Assembly (NCBI GenBank): GCA_973895155.1
Contig: OZ316895.1
Coordinates: forward strand, 7,056,184-7,120,183
From: Marsupella aquatica
Taxonomy: Eukaryota > Plantae > Marchantiophyta
Reading direction: 5' to 3'
DNA length: 64,000 bases
Positions 61,036 to 64,000 of this stretch are shown one piece after another (within the stretch, counting starts at the first letter, position 1; each line of letters begins with the position of its first letter). The notes under the pieces were generated by a model, which had not been told where the DNA came from, made no database searches, and saw only the letters and a program-made list of their open reading frames with translations. Both the position numbers and the translations under genes were made by a program.

Positions 61036-61620
61036 CTCAAGGGTCTCACTACATGGAGACCTCCCCATCACCTGCCATGATTTTTGGCCTTGGGGTCCCT
61101 AAAATGTAATATTTTATTGCCTGAATTTTTAATGTCAAGTTGTCATGAACTTTGCGAGAACCTAGCACATTTTCAAAATGTGCATGACATCTTGTCTACT
61201 TACTCTACAGGCTCATTACAGACATCAACTGTTAGGGACACATTACCTTTGAATTTGGCAGATTGGGTTGATTATTTGAAGAGTTTTTGGATCTTCATTT
61301 TTAAGCAGCTGAAATTTTCCTGTATGGTCTCTAATGTCCAATGTATTGCCTTACAAAGTTTGAAACCTTTTTGAAATCATTTGTTTCATTTCCGATGAAC
61401 ATAAAGATGGTCAAATATTCTAAATCATGATTTCACTTTACACTTGAATATTTTCATGTGGATCAACTGAGAAAGAGTATTCCTGAGTAATGACATGACA
61501 TCTTGATGTCTTTCAGGTTCAAGGTAGTCAAGTTACCCAGGAGACCAGTTAGATAATGTAAGTCAGATCAGCTGCAAAGTAACTATTATTTAAGAGATTG
61601 TTTACAAGTTGCATTTGAGT

Positions 61621-61793
61621 CAAAAATGTAAATAATATTGTGAACAATCCATCCTAGCTTTGCCAATGCATCTGGGCTTCACAGACAAGTCGAGGCCCAA
61701 GTAGCATTTCAGTCAAAAGTGTAAATAATACTCTAAACAATCCATCCTAGCTTTTCCAATTCATTTGGGCTTCACAGACAAGTGGAGGTCCAT
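61621..61793. repeat. ~94-bp tandem duplication
   Basis: caaaa.tgtaaataata.t.t.aacaatccatcctagcttt.ccaat.cat.tgggcttcacagacaagt.gagg.cca occurs twice. Confidence 0.85.
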
Positions 61794-62703
61794 CCTGGTG
61801 GGCTTTAGTTTCTGGAAACCGAGTAATATTACAAATAGTGAGTATTTCACCCCTGTCCTGCTTCGCTGGCACCACTGTAGCTTAGTCGCGAGAGGCGAAT
61901 TGCGTCACGTCTACGATTTTGCACTTATAATAATCTTGAGGACCCTCTTTCTCAGCATCTTCGGACACAAAGCCCCTTCCGTAAAAGGACTCGCGAAGGA
62001 CCATCAGCAACGCTGCTTTTCCTCAACTCTGTGCACAACTTGAGGCTTCGGTCTCAGATGCCTGGAAAAGTGGCAAGGCTGCTAAAGCACGAGTAGTTTC
62101 ACGGAAATAATGACAAAGGAACACTTTTCACACAGTCTAGTACGTAGACTCGACTCCAAGACAGACTCTAAGACAGACACCATGAGAAATACTATTTTAT
62201 TGTCGTATGATTACGCAGTGAATTCACGCAATACAGCGTCACAAAAGGCCACATTCTCACTTTCTCGGACTGGCGGAATCTGCAAGTCCAATCAAATTCG
62301 CCCCAACACGTACAATCGACAGTGTCGCGGACCTTTGTCAAGTCTTCGGGGGTCGATGCGGTCTTTTTTTGCCTTGAAAACCGAAAGCAGGCCCATCGGT
62401 CGATGCGGTCTTGGTTTTGTCCAAACTCGTTCCAAGGAAAAAGAAATAGGTGAGCATTGGGTGGTGCATGTCGCTGTGAATGTACTGGTGTAGGTGACGA
62501 GATGTGAGTCACTAACGGCGAAGCAGCCAATACCCGTGCGATTGATCGAGCCACCAAAGACCAACGAACTGGCTGTACTTTTGATTGGTCTCAGGACTAC
62601 GTTTGGGATTACTTACGCGTGAAGGTTCCTTGAGCTAGACCCGGGTAGCTAGCAAACTGTGCACATTCAACTAATTTCCTGGAACCGGGTGACTGATGTT
62701 CCA

Positions 62704-62710
62704 TATATAA
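62704..62710 (+). promoter_or_regulatory. Candidate TATA box of the small gene at 63067
   Basis: TATATAA followed ~35 nt downstream by a pyrimidine-rich leader (cttctcctcattctcattc). Confidence 0.45.
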
Positions 62711-63066
62711 GCAGTGCATCGACTGCGCTTGAATTATATCAGCTTCTCCTCATTCTCATTCACGCACCGCTTGCCCATACGATTGCAGCATTCACAACTC
62801 TCTCAATTGCAGTTCCTGATTTTCAGTCGCTCAGTCTCTTTGCTCAAACAGTCGTGAAGACTGAGCGGAATTCGTGCAAGAGCGGAATTACGTTGCTGAC
62901 TCTGGTGAAGTTCCAAAGCTTTCTCGCATTGCATTACGAAAGTGTGTCAGTCTTCAGAGTGTTTAATTCTTGTAGCCCTTCGAGTTGGTTCTACTACTCC
63001 AACTTCATATTTCTGTCAGTCAGTTTTGATCTCTCAAAAAATACATTCGAGCGTTCCTTGTCGAGA

Positions 63067-63270
63067 ATGGGTTCCTCGGAGAATAATGCTGGTGGTGCAC
63101 CGAAGAGTTCCAAGTGGTATGGTAAACTGATCGGAAACAGCAAGGTGTCGAGTTCAGATGGCGAACCGAAACAAGCAGTGCCTGAGGTGCACAAGGGACG
63201 ATCGGCATCGAAGTCGCCACCTCTCGTCGTGAACTACTTCCCATCCGGCCAGGGGTTACTTCGCCTCTAG
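63067..63270 (+). CDS. Small uncharacterised plant protein, 67 aa, paralog of 42909-43148; C-terminal PLVVNYFPSGQGLLRL
   Basis: MGSSENN...KSSKWYGKLIGNSKV...PPLVVNYFPSGQGLLRL; two conserved blocks are shared with the paralog. Confidence 0.75.
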   Translation: MGSSENNAGGAPKSSKWYGKLIGNSKVSSSDGEPKQAVPEVHKGRSASKSPPLVVNYFPSGQGLLRL

Positions 63271-63489
63271 CTAGATCGATCGATCAAGCATCAGGGATCA
63301 ATGGCTTGCAAATTACTTTTAATTTCAAATTATCGTGCTCGATTGGCTTCTCAATGTGGGATAATCGAGCAGGGTGCTGGCTTCCCGCTGCAAATAGCCC
63401 GAGCTACAGCTAGTTTACGATAGTTGTCTATCGGATTGTCAATGATCTATCTGGACATTTGCAGACCACTCGTCATCATTGAGCGTTGC

Positions 63490-63626
63490 AGCATTCCATC
63501 CAGAAAGGTGGCAAAAGTGACCTTTTGACTGGTGCTGATAGGCGTCTGGGTCAAGAGATTGGTGAGCTACCTGAGCATTCCATCCACAAAGGTGCCAAAA
63601 ATGACCTTTGACTGGTGCTGATAGGC
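63490..63626. repeat. ~85-bp tandem duplication
   Basis: gcattccatcca.aaaggtg.caaaa.tgacctt(t)tgactggtgctgataggc occurs at ~63490 and ~63575. Confidence 0.8.
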
Positions 63627-64000
63627 TTTTGGGTCAAGTCCGTCGAGACATTGGTGAGCTTGAGGTCAATTTCTTCCTTCTGCGCCAGCTCTTGGGCATC
63701 ACAACTAGGGTGAGAAAATGGCCCTGACCAGAAGAGTTGAGAAGATTTGGTCTCATTCGATGGGGCAAAATACAAGCCGGTGTGATACTCGATGTCCCAA
63801 GCCCTGTCTAGGAAGAGATTCAAGTAAGAGTTCCAGGAATCCAGGTGACTTGTGATGCCAGTGTCACAAGTTCAGTTCAAATTGCAAAATTAACTCAATA
63901 TATAGAGACGGGCCGGTCAGATCAGCTGTACAAATGGCTCTTCTATTGTAGTGCATAATGAACTGCTAATTTCCGTAATTTGAGAATTGCAATTGCAAAT

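Noticed and set aside
62659-63066. N-terminal extension making a 203-aa ORF
   Set aside because: It starts at GTG upstream of the TATA-like box, and similarity to the paralog begins only after the ATG at 63067; more likely promoter and 5' UTR.
63551-63823. Minus-strand 90-aa ORF as the last exon of a gene beyond the window
   Set aside because: No recognisable domain or clear acceptor site, and it overlaps a local duplication; cannot be supported from this window.

Overview
Eukaryotic nuclear DNA from a land plant. GT-AG introns, plant-type genes and the repeat landscape suggest a bryophyte such as a liverwort (inference). (1) A small Ser/Arg/Pro-rich orphan gene at 2.2-3.5 kb (+). (2) The main finding: the minus-strand ORFs from 4454 to 16545 splice by hand, through 10 GT-AG introns with consistent phases, into one uninterrupted ~3205-aa protein. 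Its domain order is SF2 DEAH helicase, HA2, KH-like, CYTH/triphosphate-tunnel-like, helical region, Toprim resembling cyanobacterial plasmid Rep/primase, DEDDy 3'-5' exonuclease and Upf1-like SF1 helicase. (3) A frameshifted universal-stress-protein fragment and ~14 kb of decayed repeats and MITEs. (4) A 6-exon ~1687-aa gene with PHD fingers joined to a low-complexity acidic/RGG/RS protein carrying a DLN motif. (5) Two divergent paralogous microproteins ending in VVNYFPSG..SRI/LRL, ~20 kb apart. (6) Between them, a 13.3-kb DNA transposon (44728-58057) with CACTA termini. It carries a non-canonical Sola/DUF7869-like transposase pseudogene and a divergent cargo pseudogene (ParB-like, N6/N4 DNA-methyltransferase-like, FCP1-like phosphatase) whose introns hold ten copies of a GC-rich palindrome. 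All domain calls come from recognising motifs by eye; no database search was run.
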